A stretch of 64,000 nucleotides of DNA, taken from NCBI GenBank assembly GCA_965243025.1, contig CBDETY010000003.1, positions 5,664,001 through 5,728,000 of the forward strand, given 5' to 3'. The translations under genes were made by a program, and so were the position numbers. How positions within the stretch are numbered: position 1 is the first letter of the stretch; each line of letters starts with the position of its first letter. Source of the stretch: Candidatus Latescibacterota bacterium (GTDB lineage Bacteria; Latescibacterota; UBA2968; UBA8231). This document shows, piece after piece, positions 61,684-64,000 of this stretch. The notes beneath the pieces were generated by a model. It made no database searches. It was not told the DNA's origin and saw only the letters and a program-made list of their open reading frames with translations.

Positions 61684-62137
61684 GGGAGCAGGCCGGGGCC
61701 GGAACGGCGGGCCCGGGATGGCCGCCGCTTGGTGCGCAGGGACGGCGCAGGTCAGAGGATGGCTGGCGAACCCGGGAAGGCGCCCGGCTTGCGCTCCGGT
61801 AAGGGGCATTCGGGATCCCGGGGGGCGGGGCGCCAGAGACGGCTAATGGTCCGGATGGGTGAGAATCCGAAGGCCGCCAGGCTCGTGCTCCCGGAACGGG
61901 GCATGTCGGGATCCTTGTCGGGGGGACGCCGCGCCTGCTGCGCACCCCGGGCGCCGGCGATTCAGCCGATGCAGCAGTCGGGCCGGGTGACCCGAAGCGG
62001 GAAGTTCACCCCCCTCGTTCAAAAGTGACGGGGCATGCCGGATGGGTGCAGGCCATGGGCGGCCCCAGGTGGCTCCTCTTCAGGGGCGGCCTTACCGCCG
62101 GTGCAGCCGCGCCGGGTGACCGGCCGCACCCGCTGTC

Positions 62138-63448
62138 CTACAGGTAGGAGTTGATGATGTTCTCCAGCATCTCCTCGCGGCCGCTCCGCTTCTCCGGTTC
62201 ACCCTCCCGCAGGATATGACTCTCCAGCTCGGCGAAGCCGGTCTTTCCGGCGGAGATCTTCCGACCGATGCCGGAGCGGTAGGACTTGTAGCGCTCCTTG
62301 ATGAAGTCGCCGACCACTCCGTCCTCGATGATCCGGTGGGCGATCTTCAGGCCGCGGGCGAAGCTGTCCATGCCCCCGATGTGGGCGTGGAACAGGTCGA
62401 CGGGATCGAAGGAGCCGCGCCGCACCTTGGCGTCGAAGTTGATCCCCCCCGGGCGGATGCCTCCGTACTTCAGGATCACCATCATCGCGTAAGTCGTGCC
62501 GTAGAGATCGGTGGGGAACTGGTCGGTGTCCCACCCGAGCAGGAGGTCGCCGCGGTTGGCGTCGATGCTGCCGAGCATGCCGTCGGCCGCGGCCACGGTT
62601 AGGTCGTGCTCGAAGGTGTGCCCAGCCAGGGTCGCGTGGTTGGCCTCGAGGTTCAGCTTGAAGCGGTCGTGCAGCCCGTACTTGCGCAGGAAGCCGAGCA
62701 CCGTGGCGGCGTCGTAGTCGTACTGGTGCTTGGTCGGCTCCTTCGGCTTGGGCTCGACCAGAAGGGTGCCGCGAAAGCCGATCTCCTTCTTGTAGTCGGC
62801 GGCCATCCCGAGGAACCGCGCCATGTTGTCCTGCTCGCGGGCCATGTCGGTGTTGAGCAGGCTGGAGTAGCCTTCGCGCCCTCCCCAGAACACGTAGTTG
62901 GCGCCGCCGAGCTGTTTGGTTAGCTCCATCGCCTTCTTCACCTGCGACGCGGCGTAGGCGAAGACGTGGGCGTCGGGGTTGGTCGCCGCCCCGTGGGTGA
63001 AGCGCGGGTGCGAGAACATGTTCGACGTGCCCCAGAGCAGCTTCACCCCGGTGTCGCGCTGCAGCTTCTTTGCCAGCGCGCCTATGCGGTCGAGCCGCTC
63101 GTTGGTCTCGGCGAGGGTGTCCGCTTCCGGCGCGATGTCGCGGTCGTGCCAGGCGTAGAACGGTACCCCGAGCTTGGTGAACATCTCGAACGCGGCCCGC
63201 ATGGTGTCCTCGGCCCGCTGCATCGGGTCGGAGGCTTCGTCCCAGGGGCGGTCGTAGACCGGTCCGCCGAACGGGTCGGCGCCGGTCCCCTTGAAGGTGT
63301 GCCAGAAGACGACGGAGAAACGCAGGTGTTCGGCCATGGTCTTTTTGCCGATCTGCTGGTCGGGGTCGTACTGCTTGAAGGCCAGCGGGTTCTTCGAGTC
63401 CGGGCCCTCGTAGCGAATCTGCGGAATCCCCTTGAAGTACTCTTTCAT
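62138..63448 (-). CDS. xylA: Xylose isomerase (class II)
   Basis: [41 protein letters not shown]. Confidence 0.97.
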   Translation of the reverse strand: MKEYFKGIPQIRYEGPDSKNPLAFKQYDPDQQIGKKTMAEHLRFSVVFWHTFKGTGADPFGGPVYDRPWDEASDPMQRAEDTMRAAFEMFTKLGVPFYAWHDRDIAPEADTLAETNERLDRIGALAKKLQRDTGVKLLWGTSNMFSHPRFTHGAATNPDAHVFAYAASQVKKAMELTKQLGGANYVFWGGREGYSSLLNTDMAREQDNMARFLGMAADYKKEIGFRGTLLVEPKPKEPTKHQYDYDAATVLGFLRKYGLHDRFKLNLEANHATLAGHTFEHDLTVAAADGMLGSIDANRGDLLLGWDTDQFPTDLYGTTYAMMVILKYGGIRPGGINFDAKVRRGSFDPVDLFHAHIGGMDSFARGLKIAHRIIEDGVVGDFIKERYKSYRSGIGRKISAGKTGFAELESHILREGEPEKRSGREEMLENIINSYL

Positions 63449-63750
63449 TTATATGGTCTCCCTGGTGGGGTGCGCTCAGTTGCGTTCGGGCGAGGCGGGT
63501 TTAGTGTAACGCGGATGAATCGACCGGGCGAGGGCGGCCGCTTTCGCGGGCCGGCCAGATTCAACCAGAAAAACCCCTTGTGGGATTTTCCTCGATCCGC
63601 GGCTCGCGGCGTGTTCTCCCGCCCGGGCGCAAGGGCCTTCGCGGGCCAACGGGAATTCCGGCCCGGGGAGGCCGGGGAGGCCCAGGTGTCGAGAAGTGGG
63701 CGGCCAGAGGCGCCGGCCGTTGGCGGACAGGGGGATCAAGGCGCCGGCGG

Positions 63751-64000
63751 CTACTCCGGGGTCACGTAGGCCGCGGCGATGCCGCCGTCCACCGTGAACG
63801 AGGTGCCGGTGACGAAGGAGGACTCGTCCGAGGCGAGAAAGACCACGGCCTCGGCGATCTCTCCGGCTTCGCCGAACCTCCCCATCGGAACGTGGACCAG
63901 GCGCCGCTGCCTTTTCTCTTCGGTGTCGAGGTACTTCATCAGCAGCTCGGTCCGCAGCGGACCCGGACACAGCGCGTTGACGCGGATGTTGTCGCGGGCG
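63751..64000 (-). CDS. SDR-family oxidoreductase, 3' part (5' beyond window)
   Basis: NIRVNALCPGPLRTELL...PMGRFG...SSFVTG...VDGG. Confidence 0.9.
   Translation of the reverse strand, partial: ARDNIRVNALCPGPLRTELLMKYLDTEEKRQRRLVHVPMGRFGEAGEIAEAVVFLASDESSFVTGTSFTVDGGIAAAYVTPE

Noticed and set aside
61684-62137. 450-bp GC-rich gap as RNase P RNA, tmRNA or other ncRNA
   Set aside because: No GAGGAAAGTCC or tRNA-like ends recognised on either strand

Overview
High-GC bacterial chromosomal window. Its gene content (TauD, sterol desaturase, ankyrin/TPR/NHL repeats, FlgD-tailed secreted paralogs, C-terminal 'SWxRIK' tails) suggests a Latescibacterota/Gemmatimonadota-like, possibly sponge-associated organism; this is inference only. 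Positions 1-33.8 kb hold metabolic and secreted-protein genes, a tandem STAND-like ATPase pair with TPRs, a sugar ABC transporter, and an ECF sigma factor fused to a degenerate PheRS-alpha catalytic domain. Positions ~34.3-49.0 kb form a defence island: eroded MNT-HEPN and Swt1-DUF499 relics, a coupled HerA-NurA-methyltransferase operon, a type II R-M pair (MjaI-like), a complete IS3 with a 3-bp target duplication, and a Ubl/E1/DUF6527 ubiquitin-like operon facing a divergent CRP/FNR-like regulator. Between convergent gltX and glnS lies an integrase-less array of attC-like cassettes (EVE-nuclease, DUF433, HicB), further TA relics, and diverged copies of the glnS 3' end. The right end is housekeeping (dapL, small regulator-nadA, NHL protein, xylA, SDR). 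All calls come from motif recognition by eye; no searches were run.
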